From NCBI GenBank assembly GCA_964604905.1, contig CAZSCC010000370.1, positions 3,676 through 67,675 of the forward strand: DNA of 64,000 nt, written 5' to 3'. Below the pieces are notes generated by a model, which saw only the letters and a list, made by a program, of their open reading frames with translations, was not told the origin of the DNA and did not search any database. This document shows positions 1-9,291 of this stretch, in pieces. This DNA is from an uncultured Planctomycetales bacterium (lineage in GTDB: Bacteria > Planctomycetota > MHYJ01 > JACPRB01). The position numbers and the translations under genes are program-made. Each line of letters starts with the position of its first letter. The first letter of the stretch is position 1.

Positions 1-1117
1 TGCCCACCGGCTTCTCCGGCACCTGCGCGAGGTCCTTCCCGTCGCGCTGGACGACGAACGCGCGGATCCCGCTCTCCAGGTCCGCCTCGGCGTCCCACGT
101 CAGCTCGGCCGTCCCGTCCGCCTTCGCCGTCGCCTTCAGGCCGGTCGGGGCCGGCGGCAGAGTGGCGTCGCTCGCGGCGCCCGTCTTCACGTACTCCGCC
201 CACGCCTTCGCGACCGCCTCGCCCGGCAGCCAGACCGCCTCGTCGGCCTTCCCGGAATAGACCGCCGCGGGGGAGGCCGTGTCGGAGAGCGGCGTGGCGA
301 GCCACGCGGACTTCATCTCCACCGGCCGGAGCTTCGCGCCTCCCGCCTCGGGGAGCCGCATCGCGAGACACGCGTCGAAGAACGGGATCGCGAGGTATCG
401 CGAATCGCCGCACTCGTGCGAGGTGCGCGGATCGGGCGCGAAGCCGATCGGCGCGCCTTTGGCGCGGTAGGCCTTGAACATCGCGAGCGTCCCCGTGTAC
501 GCCCCGTTGAAGCGCTTGTCGCCGTTCTCCTTCGCGCCCGGGTTGCACATCACCGGGATCCCGTAGACGGCGTCCGTGATCTCGGGCTTCGCGAGATTCC
601 CGCTCTCCCACGCCGAGAAGGCCGTGCCCGAACGGAGCCAGATCGCGACGATGCGGTCGGGGTGGAGCGTCTGCATCAGGCTGGCCCAGGTGCCGCCGCC
701 CGAGTGGCCCCAGAGGCACCAGGGAGCGGACTCGAGCTCGGGCCGCTTCGCCTTCGCGGCCAGCTCGCCCAGCGCGCGGAGGAACGTCTTCTGGGAACCG
801 TTCCGCGGGTCGCACCAGAGCCTGCAGTCCTGTTTGTCCTCCTGCTGGTACGAAGGGCCCAGCAGCGCGCAGTCCCATTTCCTCGCCAGGGCCTGCCAGT
901 GGAGGTCGTACGCCGCGGTCGCGCCGCCCTTGCACGCCCCCGAGCCGCAGCCGTGCTGGTGGACGATCACGCCGCGGATCTTCGCCGCGCCGTCGGGGAT
1001 CCACAGCGTGTACGTCACCCCGAACTGCAGCTCGCCCGGCTGCGAGGACGGCGGATAGGCGACTTCGACGTACTGGCCGCCTGCGGCGGCGAGGAGCCCG
1101 AAGAGGATCAGGTTCAT
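1..1117 (-). CDS. alpha/beta-hydrolase (secreted esterase-like); 3' end runs off the window
   Basis: My own minus-strand translation from ATG 1117-1115 is stop-free to base 1. It is absent from the ORF track because there is no stop in the window. Sequence starts [14 protein letters not shown] (signal-like), has the nucleophile elbow 'WGHSGGG', and later 'PTGLKATAKADGTAELTWDAE' (FN3-like). ATGA start/stop overlap with the upstream gene at 1114-1117. Confidence 0.6.
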   Translation of the reverse strand, partial: MNLILFGLLAAAGGQYVEVAYPPSSQPGELQFGVTYTLWIPDGAAKIRGVIVHQHGCGSGACKGGATAAYDLHWQALARKWDCALLGPSYQQEDKQDCRLWCDPRNGSQKTFLRALGELAAKAKRPELESAPWCLWGHSGGGTWASLMQTLHPDRIVAIWLRSGTAFSAWESGNLAKPEITDAVYGIPVMCNPGAKENGDKRFNGAYTGTLAMFKAYRAKGAPIGFAPDPRTSHECGDSRYLAIPFFDACLAMRLPEAGGAKLRPVEMKSAWLATPLSDTASPAAVYSGKADEAVWLPGEAVAKAWAEYVKTGAASDATLPPAPTGLKATAKADGTAELTWDAEADLESGIRAFVVQRDGKDLAQVPEKPVG

Positions 1118-2367
1118 CGGGCACCGATGCAGTAGAGGTTCTTCAGGCCCGAAATGAACATTCGACCCCCGGCCACCGCAGGAGAGCTGTGGTTGGGATC
1201 GCCGAGGTCGCTCGTGGCCAGCACCTTTAGCTGCGGCCCCGCCTGCACGACGGTGCTTTTCCCGCCGCTCGCGAAGTAGATCCGGCCGTTCCCGTCGGCG
1301 ATGGGGCTGGCCCAGGAGGAGGAGATCCCCGCCAGCCGCTGCTTGTCGGTCTCCGCCCCGTCCGCCGTCTTCCACACCCGGATGACGCTCCCGCTCTGGA
1401 GCCGGAACACATGATCCCCGACGATGATGGGCGAACCGATCGCCTCGGGCAGGCCGCCCACGGTCCACTTCACGGCCAGCTCTCCCTCGCCCGACGGATC
1501 GACCGCGCTGCCGTTCCCGCCGCGGCCGGAGTCGGTGTAGAGGATCCCCGACCCGTACGCCGGCGACGAGGCGTCGCCCGCGCCCTTGCTCCACCAGAGG
1601 CGCTTGCCGCTGGCCGGATCGAAGCCCTGGACCGCGTCCTCCTTCACGCCCATCCCGGAGGCGAGCACGACCAGCTGCGGCTTGCCCTTGACGTCGATCA
1701 CGATGGGCGTCGAGTGAGCAAAGCCGACCTTTGGGAGCTTCGTCTCCCACACGGGCTTGCCGTCGGTCTTGGAGAAGGCGACCAGTCGCGAGTCTGCCGC
1801 CTTCGCCATCGCGCAGAGGAGGATCACCGTGTCGCCGAAGAGGACCGGGCTCGTCCCGATCGTGACATCGAACGTGAACGGCCGGATCTCCTGGCGCCAG
1901 GCGATCTTTCCGTCGAAATCGAGCGCCGCCATGACGGACGAGCTGAAGAGGACGAAGACGTGCTTACCGTCGCTGGCCGGGGTTTGCGACGCGTAGCCGC
2001 CGCCCGGCCCGCTGCGGAAGTCGTCGCGACGCCACGGACCCGGGTCGATCATCGTGTCCCAGAGCAGCTTCCCGTCGGGGGTCGAATAGCAGAGGACGTG
2101 GTGCTCGGGGATCACCTTGGGGTCCTGCTTGCCGTCGGGCCAGCGGACGGTGGTGATGAAGAGGCGCTCGCCCCAGACGATCGGGCTCGCGTGGCCTTCG
2201 CCGACGAGCGGCGCCTTCCACAGGACGTTCTCGCTGCCCCAGGTGACGGGGAGGTTCTTCTCGGTGGTGTATCCCAGCCCGCTGGGGCCGCGGAACTGCG
2301 GCCAGTCGTCCGCCCGCACCGCGCCGGCCACGAGAAACACGATCGCCGCCGAGAGCATGGTTCGCAT
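1114..2367 (-). CDS. PQQ-like beta-propeller repeat protein, secreted
   Basis: 417-aa ORF. Signal peptide [19 protein letters not shown] is followed by 'DDWPQFRGP', typical of PQQ-binding-like propeller families. Repeated blade-like segments; G/C-rich third positions. Confidence 0.75.
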   Translation of the reverse strand: MRTMLSAAIVFLVAGAVRADDWPQFRGPSGLGYTTEKNLPVTWGSENVLWKAPLVGEGHASPIVWGERLFITTVRWPDGKQDPKVIPEHHVLCYSTPDGKLLWDTMIDPGPWRRDDFRSGPGGGYASQTPASDGKHVFVLFSSSVMAALDFDGKIAWRQEIRPFTFDVTIGTSPVLFGDTVILLCAMAKAADSRLVAFSKTDGKPVWETKLPKVGFAHSTPIVIDVKGKPQLVVLASGMGVKEDAVQGFDPASGKRLWWSKGAGDASSPAYGSGILYTDSGRGGNGSAVDPSGEGELAVKWTVGGLPEAIGSPIIVGDHVFRLQSGSVIRVWKTADGAETDKQRLAGISSSWASPIADGNGRIYFASGGKSTVVQAGPQLKVLATSDLGDPNHSSPAVAGGRMFISGLKNLYCIGAR

Positions 2368-2396
2368 CCTGCTTCCTCCCTGAAGTCCGACCTATG

Positions 2397-2582
2397 TTAC
2401 GCCTGCGGCCGGGGCTTCGACCAGCGCTTCATCAGTTTTTCCAGTCTCTTGGACAGTTGGGAGCCGTAGGAGCGGCGGAAGCTCTTCTCGCGCCGCGCGT
2501 GGCGGACGGTCTTGAAGTGCGGGTCCTGCGGCCCGCCGTCCTTGAGCGGGGTCCCGCAGAGGATGCACTTCTTCTGTCCCAT
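2397..2582 (-). CDS. small basic hypothetical protein (61 aa) with one CxxC
   Basis: ATG start, G/C-rich third positions. Sequence MGQKKCILCGTPLKDGG... followed by a Lys/Arg-rich tail. No family recognised. Confidence 0.4.
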   Translation of the reverse strand: MGQKKCILCGTPLKDGGPQDPHFKTVRHARREKSFRRSYGSQLSKRLEKLMKRWSKPRPQA

Positions 2583-2632
2583 GCGGGCGATTGTACCCGC
2601 GCGGGCCCGCTTCGTGGTATTCTGGGGCCCGC

Positions 2633-3574
2633 ATGAATCCAGCCTTCCGCGCCGGGATCCTGGCCGGCTTCATCCTCGGGGCCGCCGTCACCGGGTTCGC
2701 GTTCCTTCTCTGGAGAGGACGGTCGGACCCCGAGACGGCCCGCGCCTCGGCCCCTGCTGCCGACGAGCGCATGCCCCGGCTGCAGGAGGAGAACCTGCGG
2801 CTGGCGAAAGAGATCGAACAGCTCCGCGTCGAGAAACCGGCTCCTCCTCCACCCAAGGAGGAGAAGGTGCCCGAGCCGGCCCCCGCGGCTCCCGACCTGA
2901 AGGCCCGCTTCGCGAAGCTCGTGGAATCGGGGCTCGCCGCGTTCCAGTCGCCCGACTTCAGCGAGACCGTCAAGGCGGTCAAGGAGGCGGGCCGGCCGGC
3001 CGTGGACTTCCTCATGAACGTCCTCCGCAGCTCCGCGTCTGCGGCGGAGCGCCTTCTCGCCGTCGCGCTGCTCGAAGGGGCGGCCGACGCCGCCGCCGTC
3101 CCGGCCCTCGCGGAGGCCCTCAAGGGGGACAAGGACGACATCGTCCGCCAGATGGCCGCCCATGCGCTGGCGGTGCTCGTCTCCCCGGCGGCGGAGGAGC
3201 CGCTTCGCGCGGCGGCCACGGGCGACGCCGACTTCGGGGTGCGGCTCAACTCGGCCTACGGCCTGGCGAAGCTCAAGCACGAGGACGGCCTCCGCATCCT
3301 TCAGCAGGGGTACGAGTCTCCCGACACGCCGGCGGAGTATCGTCTCCCGATCCTGGGCGGCCTGGCCGACGTGGCCGATCCGTCCACGGCCCCGCTCTTC
3401 CGCCGCATCCTTACGGACACGAAGGAGGCCGGGTATCTCCTGACGGCGATCCACGCGCTCGAGAAGATGAAGGACGCCGGATCGCTCCCGGCGCTCCGGC
3501 AGCTGGTCCAGTCGGCGCAGCCCGACCTCGTGAAGCAGGCCGCGACGAAGGCGATCGAGGCGATCGGAAAATAG
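2633..3574 (+). CDS. membrane-anchored HEAT-repeat protein
   Basis: ATG 2633 lies in frame inside the TTG-started track ORF 2591..3574. N-terminal TM segment (ILAGFILGAAVTGFAFLLW), then repeated 'A..AL..L.D....VR..AA.AL' HEAT/PBS-lyase-like units. Confidence 0.7.
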   Translation: MNPAFRAGILAGFILGAAVTGFAFLLWRGRSDPETARASAPAADERMPRLQEENLRLAKEIEQLRVEKPAPPPPKEEKVPEPAPAAPDLKARFAKLVESGLAAFQSPDFSETVKAVKEAGRPAVDFLMNVLRSSASAAERLLAVALLEGAADAAAVPALAEALKGDKDDIVRQMAAHALAVLVSPAAEEPLRAAATGDADFGVRLNSAYGLAKLKHEDGLRILQQGYESPDTPAEYRLPILGGLADVADPSTAPLFRRILTDTKEAGYLLTAIHALEKMKDAGSLPALRQLVQSAQPDLVKQAATKAIEAIGK

Positions 3575-3588
3575 ACGGAGAAACCCGC

Positions 3589-4770
3589 ATGCTCAGGCTG
3601 CTCCCCCTGCTGCTCGCCCTCGGCTGCGCCGCGCCCGCCCGCCTGTCGCAAGAGAAGCTCCACGCGATCGATCCGGTCCTGAACGAGATGATCGCGAAGA
3701 AGAAGATCGCCGGCGCGATCGTCCTGGTGGCGAAGGACGGCGACGTCGTCTTCGAGCAATGCTACGGGATGATGGACCTCGAGGCCGCGACGCCCATGCG
3801 CCCCGGCGCGATCGTCCGGATCTACTCGATGACGAAGGCCATCGTCACCGCCGCGGCCCTCGTGCTCGTCGACGAGGGGAAGCTGGGCCTCGACGATCCC
3901 GTGGCGAGATCGATCCCCGAGTTCAAGGACCTGAAGGTGCAGACGCCTGAGGGCCTGAGGAAGCCGTCGCGGCCGCCGACCGTGAAGGACCTGATGCTCC
4001 ATACCGCGGGGTTCACCTACGGAGGCGGTCCGAGGCTGCCGGACAAGCTCTACCAGGAGAAGAAGCCGCTGGAGTCGAAGGACCTGGACGAGATGGCCGC
4101 CAAGCTGGCGACGATCCCGCTCGCGTTCGATCCGGGCAAGGACTGGCAGTATTCCCTCTCGATCGACGTCCTGGGGCTCGTCATCGAACGGGTGTCGGGG
4201 ATGAAGCTCGACCGGTTCCTCGAGGAGCGGATCTTCAAGCCCTTGGGGATGACCGACACGGGATTCCACGTGCCCTCGGAGAAGGCCGACCGGTTCGCGG
4301 CGAACTACGAGAGGCAGGGAGAGGGCTTGAAGCGGATCGACACCCCGTCGAAGTACCTGAAGGCTCCGACGTTCCTCTCGGGCGGCGGCGGGCTGGTCAG
4401 CACCGCGCGGGATTACATGCGGTTCCTCCTGATGGTCGAGCGCGGGGGAGAGGGGCTCCTGAAGCCCGGGACGGTCCGCCTCATGACGACCGACCAGCTG
4501 CCGCGCGAGGCGTTCCCGATCTACTTCGGCAAGCAAGTCCGCCACGGGACCGGCTTCGGCCTGGGCTTCTCGGTCCGCACGGCCGCGACCGAGGGGGACC
4601 CGCCGGCGCGGGTCGGCGAGTACGGCTGGGGAGGGGCGGCTTCGACCCATTACTGGACGAGCCCGGCGGACCGGCTGATCGTCGTGACCCTCGAGCAGAC
4701 GATGCCCTACACGTCCGACACGGAGGTTGCCGTCAAGGGACTGATTTACGACGCCCTCTCCAAGCCCTGA
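3589..4770 (+). CDS. serine hydrolase, beta-lactamase/PBP4-like family
   Basis: ATG 3589 lies in frame within the read-through track ORF 2512..4770. Signal peptide MLRLLPLLLALGCA and the S-x-x-K motif 'YSMTKA'. Length and overall pattern fit class-C beta-lactamase-like esterases. Confidence 0.8.
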   Translation: MLRLLPLLLALGCAAPARLSQEKLHAIDPVLNEMIAKKKIAGAIVLVAKDGDVVFEQCYGMMDLEAATPMRPGAIVRIYSMTKAIVTAAALVLVDEGKLGLDDPVARSIPEFKDLKVQTPEGLRKPSRPPTVKDLMLHTAGFTYGGGPRLPDKLYQEKKPLESKDLDEMAAKLATIPLAFDPGKDWQYSLSIDVLGLVIERVSGMKLDRFLEERIFKPLGMTDTGFHVPSEKADRFAANYERQGEGLKRIDTPSKYLKAPTFLSGGGGLVSTARDYMRFLLMVERGGEGLLKPGTVRLMTTDQLPREAFPIYFGKQVRHGTGFGLGFSVRTAATEGDPPARVGEYGWGGAASTHYWTSPADRLIVVTLEQTMPYTSDTEVAVKGLIYDALSKP

Positions 4771-4825
4771 GCGCCGTGTGGTAAACTAAGCATGGATCAC
4801 GGGACGGGGAATTAGGGGGACCTCC

Positions 4826-7800
4826 ATGCCGGACGAAAGAGAACTCGACATCAAGAGGGCCATCGAGCAGGGCACTCAGCGGATGACCCTGAAGGACCTG
4901 GCCTCCCAGGGCTTCGACAACGTCAAGGTCCTCGACGAGGACGCCGTCGAGGCCATGATCTTGAAGGCGGTCGACCGCGTCATTTCCAGCCAGACCTCCG
5001 AGCAGCGCGAGAAGATCCTGGCCGACTCCCGCAAGGAACTCGACCGCCTGATGCGCGAGCAGAAGGCCATGCGGTCGCGCGCCCAGCTGCTCGAGAGCGA
5101 CAAGCACGAGCTGGTCGAGCAGGTGGAGGGCCTCCAGCGCGAGCTCCAGCTCCAGGGCGAGCTCGAGGAGGAGAACCTCCACAAGAAGGTGCAGGAAGGG
5201 CTCGCGTCCCTCCAGTCGCAGGTGGACGGACTGCGCGCGCAGTCCGAGGCCGCGCGCACGGAGGCGGCTCGCCTCCAGGAGGACAAGGCGCGGCTCCTGA
5301 AGGAAGCGGGCCGGGCGTCCGCTTTGGGGAAGGAACTCGCGGAGCAGGAGTCGAAGACGCGCGGGGCCGAGAAGGCGCGGACGGATCTCGTGGCGCAGGT
5401 GCTGGACCTCCAGTCGCGGAGCGCGGGGCGCGAGCAGGAGCTCAAGGCGCTCCGTCCGGAGCTGCTGCGCCAGCGGTCGGAGCTCGCGCGGCTCGGACAG
5501 GAGCTGGAGCAGGCGCGCGCGGAAGGGCAGGCGGTCCGCGGGGAACTGGAGCGCGAACGCCCGGCGGCGCGGGAGGCCGAGGGGCTTCAGGTCGAGGTCT
5601 CGCGTCTCGGGCAGGCGGCGGCCGAGGCGCGCCAGGAGAAGGCGCGGCTCGAGAAGCGCCTCGCCGAGGAGACTCGGACGCGGGAGGAGGCGCAGCGGGC
5701 GGTCACCGTCGAACGGGAACGGCTCGCGGCCGTGACGGCGCACCTCCAGCAGGAGGCGTTCGCCCTCGGCTCGCGGCTGGCGGAGCTCGAGAAGGAGCAG
5801 GCCGCGGCGCGCGCGGAGCGGGAGCGGTTGACGGTCGACCAGGCGGTGCGGGAGCAGGAGGTCCAATCGGGCCGGGCCGAGGCTGCGCGGCTCGGATCGA
5901 GGCTCGCGGAGCTCGAGAAGGCGGAGGTCGGGGCCCGCGCGGAGAAGGCGCGCCTTGAGCAGCGCTTGGCCGGCGAGGAGCGCGAGCGGGAGCGGTTGAC
6001 GGTCGACCAGGCGGCGCGGGAGCAGGAGGTCCAATCGGGCCGGGCCGAGGCCGCGCGGCTCGGTGCGAAGGTGGCGGAGCTCGAACAGGCGGGGAAGGCC
6101 GATGGAGAGCGGGTGAGCGCCGAGAACGCCACGCTCAAGAAGGAAGTGCAGGCCAACCGAGGGGTGCTGACGCGCCTGGAGGCCGAGGTTGCCGACCGCA
6201 CCCGGTTGCAGGAGGATCTCGAGGGGGCCCGCCTTGAGAAGCTGGCCGCCGGGAACGCCGCGCAGGAGCGGGAAGTGGAGGCGAACCGGGTCGTGACGGC
6301 GCGCCTGGAGGCCGAGGTCGCCGACCGCGCCCGTCTCCAGGAGGAGCTCGAGGGGGCCCGGCAGGAGGCCGCGTTCGTCCGGGGCCAGCTCGCGCAGCAG
6401 CAGAAGGACCACGAGACGCAGCGGGAGAGGACGGTCATCGTCACCGCCGAGCTCCAGGAGATCGAGGATCGGCAGCAGGCCGAGCAGGGCCAGCTGGAGC
6501 GCTTCCGGGCGGAATCGGAGCGGCTCGCGGCCGACCTCGAATCGGCGCGGTCCGAAGTCGCGGCGATGCAGGACCTCCTCGGGCGGGAGCAGGAGGCGGT
6601 GCGGGTCTCGCAGAACGACACGGTCGCGCTCCAGTCGCGGATCGTCGACGCCCAGGCGCGGTCGGAGGCGGTCGAGCGCGAGATCCCGGCGCTCAAGGTG
6701 GAGAATGCCCGGCTCCAGGAGCGGCTGGCCTCGGCGCATCTCCAGGAGCGGCTGGCCGGCCTCGAGGCGCTGCTCGAATCGGCGCGCAAGAGCAGCTCGG
6801 CCGCGAAGGAGTCGTCGCTCCAGTCGAAGGAGGTGACGACCCGGCTCGAGCGGACGCTGGCCCGGCAGCTGCGCCCGAAGGGGAAGAAGCGCGGCCCGTC
6901 GCTCGCCGGGGGCGCGGCGTTCGACGGCGTGGCGCTCCTCGAGGACTTCTTCCGGAAGATCCGGCTCAAGGAGCTGTTCCAGAAGTACGTGCCGGTGCAG
7001 GAGCGTCCGGGCGAGCGCCATCCCTCCGAGATGCTGGTCGAGATCGTGAAGGCGATCGTGGCCGGCGAGCCCAGGCGCGGGGAGGGGAGGAGGGTCGTCC
7101 CCCTCGAGATCGTGGGGCCTTCGGGCGCTCCCGACGCGGCGGCGCTCCGGCAGTTCCTGGGCCGGCTCTCGCCGCAGGCGGTCCGCGCCCTCTCGAACGT
7201 GCACCACGGACTGCGCCTCCATCTGACGCCGTTGCCGACGCGGCCGCGGAGCCTGACCCTGGACGTGACGGCGCTGGAGCTGGGGAAGAAGGGCCGGGCG
7301 TACCGCCCGCTCGTCTGCTTCGAGCCGTCGGAGGGGGAGTTCTGGAACGGGCAGTTCCGTTCCAACCGCCCGCCCGATGCCAACGGGATGAGGGACTTCC
7401 TCAAGGCGTGCATCGCTCGGGTCCCCTCGCCGTTCGCGCGGAGCCGCATCCGGTTCCGGATGGAGTCGGACTTCTTCAACGAAGGGGTGATCCGGCTCCT
7501 GGAATCGAAGGGGGTCTCGTACGTGATCGACGCGCCCGATTCGCCGGAGCTCCGGAAGCTCTCGCGGCGCTGCACGTTCAACAGGCTGTCCAACGGGTGG
7601 GAGGTGGCCGAGTTCTCGCAGCGGCTCCACGCGATCCGCCGCACGCAGGCGCGCTTCGTGGTGCTGCGCCGGCGGCTCTCGAAGAAGGCTAAGGAGGCGG
7701 GGCCGGGGACGTTCCGCGACGAGCGGCACCTCTACCACGTGCTGGCGACCGACCGTCGCGGGACGCCATGGCGTTCGTTCGAGTTCCACGCGGCGCGCGG

Positions 7801-8131
7801 CGTTTCGATCGAGAAGGCCCGCGGGCTGCTGGCGGACTTCTCGACCCGCCCTCTGCTCGGAAGGAGCCGGCGGTCGGTGGCGGCGCTCTTCCAGGCGCAA
7901 CTCCTGGCCTCGGACCTCGTGCAGGGATTCCGCCGGAGCTGTCTGCCCGCCGAGGAGAAGTCCCGCAGCCTGGAGGAGTTGCGGCGGGAGTTCCTGATGG
8001 TCCCTCCGAAGTCGGGGACGCGGAGCCTGCTCGTGCTGCCCCGCCGGGATCGCCGGCGCCGGCTCTTTGCGCGCGTGTCCCGGTTGACGCGCCGGTTGCG
8101 TCCGGCGCGGCCCTTCACGTTCAGGTCCTGA
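4826..8131 (+). CDS. long coiled-coil protein fused to a C-terminal IS1380-type (DDE group 1) transposase-like domain
   Basis: Single 1101-aa frame with uniform G/C third positions across the junction. Residues ~60-690 are heptad-like E/R/A/L-rich with internal duplications. The C-terminal ~400 aa follow the DDE-transposase motif order ('LTLDVTA...YRPL...RFRMESDFF...YHVLATD...ARGVSIEKARGLL'). Confidence 0.65.
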   Translation: MPDERELDIKRAIEQGTQRMTLKDLASQGFDNVKVLDEDAVEAMILKAVDRVISSQTSEQREKILADSRKELDRLMREQKAMRSRAQLLESDKHELVEQVEGLQRELQLQGELEEENLHKKVQEGLASLQSQVDGLRAQSEAARTEAARLQEDKARLLKEAGRASALGKELAEQESKTRGAEKARTDLVAQVLDLQSRSAGREQELKALRPELLRQRSELARLGQELEQARAEGQAVRGELERERPAAREAEGLQVEVSRLGQAAAEARQEKARLEKRLAEETRTREEAQRAVTVERERLAAVTAHLQQEAFALGSRLAELEKEQAAARAERERLTVDQAVREQEVQSGRAEAARLGSRLAELEKAEVGARAEKARLEQRLAGEERERERLTVDQAAREQEVQSGRAEAARLGAKVAELEQAGKADGERVSAENATLKKEVQANRGVLTRLEAEVADRTRLQEDLEGARLEKLAAGNAAQEREVEANRVVTARLEAEVADRARLQEELEGARQEAAFVRGQLAQQQKDHETQRERTVIVTAELQEIEDRQQAEQGQLERFRAESERLAADLESARSEVAAMQDLLGREQEAVRVSQNDTVALQSRIVDAQARSEAVEREIPALKVENARLQERLASAHLQERLAGLEALLESARKSSSAAKESSLQSKEVTTRLERTLARQLRPKGKKRGPSLAGGAAFDGVALLEDFFRKIRLKELFQKYVPVQERPGERHPSEMLVEIVKAIVAGEPRRGEGRRVVPLEIVGPSGAPDAAALRQFLGRLSPQAVRALSNVHHGLRLHLTPLPTRPRSLTLDVTALELGKKGRAYRPLVCFEPSEGEFWNGQFRSNRPPDANGMRDFLKACIARVPSPFARSRIRFRMESDFFNEGVIRLLESKGVSYVIDAPDSPELRKLSRRCTFNRLSNGWEVAEFSQRLHAIRRTQARFVVLRRRLSKKAKEAGPGTFRDERHLYHVLATDRRGTPWRSFEFHAARGVSIEKARGLLADFSTRPLLGRSRRSVAALFQAQLLASDLVQGFRRSCLPAEEKSRSLEELRREFLMVPPKSGTRSLLVLPRRDRRRRLFARVSRLTRRLRPARPFTFRS
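5816..6063 (+). repeat. intragenic direct duplication: 80-bp blocks 5816-5895 and 5984-6063, offset 168 bp (56 codons)
   Basis: 'gagcgggagcggttgacggtcgaccaggcgg[t/c]gcgggagcaggaggtccaatcgggccgggccgaggc[t/c]gcgcggctcgg' occurs twice with 2 mismatches, in frame (ERERLTVDQA[V/A]REQEVQSGRAEAARLG). Confidence 0.9.
6172..6360 (+). repeat. second intragenic duplication: ~60-bp blocks 6172-6231 and 6301-6360, offset 129 bp (43 codons)
   Basis: 'gcgcctggaggccgaggt.gccgaccgc.cccg....caggagga.ctcgagggggcccg' occurs twice with several mismatches. Protein RLEAEVADR[T/A]RLQE[D/E]LEGAR. Confidence 0.8.
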
Positions 8132-8141
8132 GGAGCGGAGC

Positions 8142-8609
8142 ATGAAGATCTTTCTGAAGGTCCTGTTCGCCGCGGCCTTCTTCGGGGCCCTCGGCTGGCT
8201 GGGGATGTATCTCTACTGGCACTTCAAGGTCGTGGGGGCGATCAAGACCCTGGAGACGCAGGCCGCGCCGGCGCCGCCGGGCTCGCCGCTCCCGTACGCG
8301 CTGCCCGAGGAGCCGCTGGGCGAGGTACGGTCCGCGGGCTGTCGCGCGCTGCCCTACCTTGTGAGTTCCCTCCAGCCGGCGAAGAATCCGGCGTTTCTCG
8401 TGGGCGCGTTCGACCTGATCCAGAAGGCCCTCGTGACCGGCGAGGCCCCTCCGCCCGGCGACTTTCCCGTGGACGCCCGGTTCAGCGCCGACGATCAGAC
8501 GCCCGATCGGGAGCGGAAGTGCCGGGCGGTCCAGGACTGGTGGCGCGCCCGCGGCAAGGAATACCACCAGGCGTGGCGCGTGTGGAAGGACCGCTGCCCT
8601 ATTGAGTGA
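8142..8609 (+). CDS. hypothetical membrane-anchored protein (155 aa)
   Basis: ATG lies 10 nt after the stop of the coiled-coil/DDE gene. N-terminal TM segment (VLFAAAFFGALGWLGMYLYW). G/C third positions. No family recognised. Confidence 0.5.
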   Translation: MKIFLKVLFAAAFFGALGWLGMYLYWHFKVVGAIKTLETQAAPAPPGSPLPYALPEEPLGEVRSAGCRALPYLVSSLQPAKNPAFLVGAFDLIQKALVTGEAPPPGDFPVDARFSADDQTPDRERKCRAVQDWWRARGKEYHQAWRVWKDRCPIE

Positions 8610-9261
8610 GCGCCCGGTCGGCGGCGCGTGCCTCGACCCAGCGAACCTCGGCGAACCCCGCCGACCGCGCGAGCGCGGCCAGGATCGCCTCGGCCGACTG
8701 GCGCGCCTCCGGCCCCAGCTGGTCGGCGTGCTTCTCCGCCTCCTTCCGCGCGGATTCCTGGGCGGCCTCCAGGATCTTCTGCCGCGTCTGGTCGTCCATG
8801 TCGCTCTGGAAGATGTTGACCGCGCGCGGGAGGAGCCAGTCGAGGAGTTGGCCCTTCTCGGTGTGGAAAAAGCGGACGTCGGAGAGGCTGATCTCGTGCG
8901 ACGGCTTGCCGAGCGCGACCTCCAGGACGCCGGGCTCGGCCGGCGAGACGTTCACCGACGCCGGATCGCGCAGGTCGTACTTGAAGCGGACCTCGAAGCG
9001 GAAGATCATGATCGTCTTGTTCTGGCTCCAGAGCCAGCTCAGGAACTTCCGCCCGACCTCGCCGAAGATGTGGTCCTCGCCGATCGCGGGGATCGACCAG
9101 TAGGCGCGGAGGACGACGAGCTCGCCCACCCGGCGGAGCCCTTCCAGGGCGCTCCCCGGCATCGCCGCCGCCTGGCCGCCGCCGGACTTCTTCCGGGCGA
9201 CGAAGAGGGCGATGCCGAGCACCGCGCAGATTCCCAGGAGGACGCCGACCAGGATCTCCAT
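8599..9261 (-). CDS. DUF4230-like membrane-anchored protein
   Basis: 220-aa ORF with an N-terminal TM and a body pattern (..LVVLRAYWSIPA..FRFEVRFKYDL..) that I associate with DUF4230. Family call is from memory only. 11-bp convergent overlap with 8142..8609. Confidence 0.45.
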   Translation of the reverse strand: MEILVGVLLGICAVLGIALFVARKKSGGGQAAAMPGSALEGLRRVGELVVLRAYWSIPAIGEDHIFGEVGRKFLSWLWSQNKTIMIFRFEVRFKYDLRDPASVNVSPAEPGVLEVALGKPSHEISLSDVRFFHTEKGQLLDWLLPRAVNIFQSDMDDQTRQKILEAAQESARKEAEKHADQLGPEARQSAEAILAALARSAGFAEVRWVEARAADRALTQ

Positions 9262-9291
9262 CCCGGGCGATTATAGCGTATAGGTACTGGC

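Noticed and set aside
4733-8143. Very long antisense or alternative-frame ORFs in the track. Examples are 4733..8143(-), 17018..19714(-), 18415..21000(+), 41895..44567(+), 51530..54475(-), 54612..57260(+), 56719..61488(+) and 62099..63943(-).
   Set aside because: They are Arg/Gly/Pro/Ala-rich and lack G/C third-position bias. They run across several well-supported genes on the other strand or frame. These are typical shadow ORFs of GC-rich DNA where stop codons are rare.
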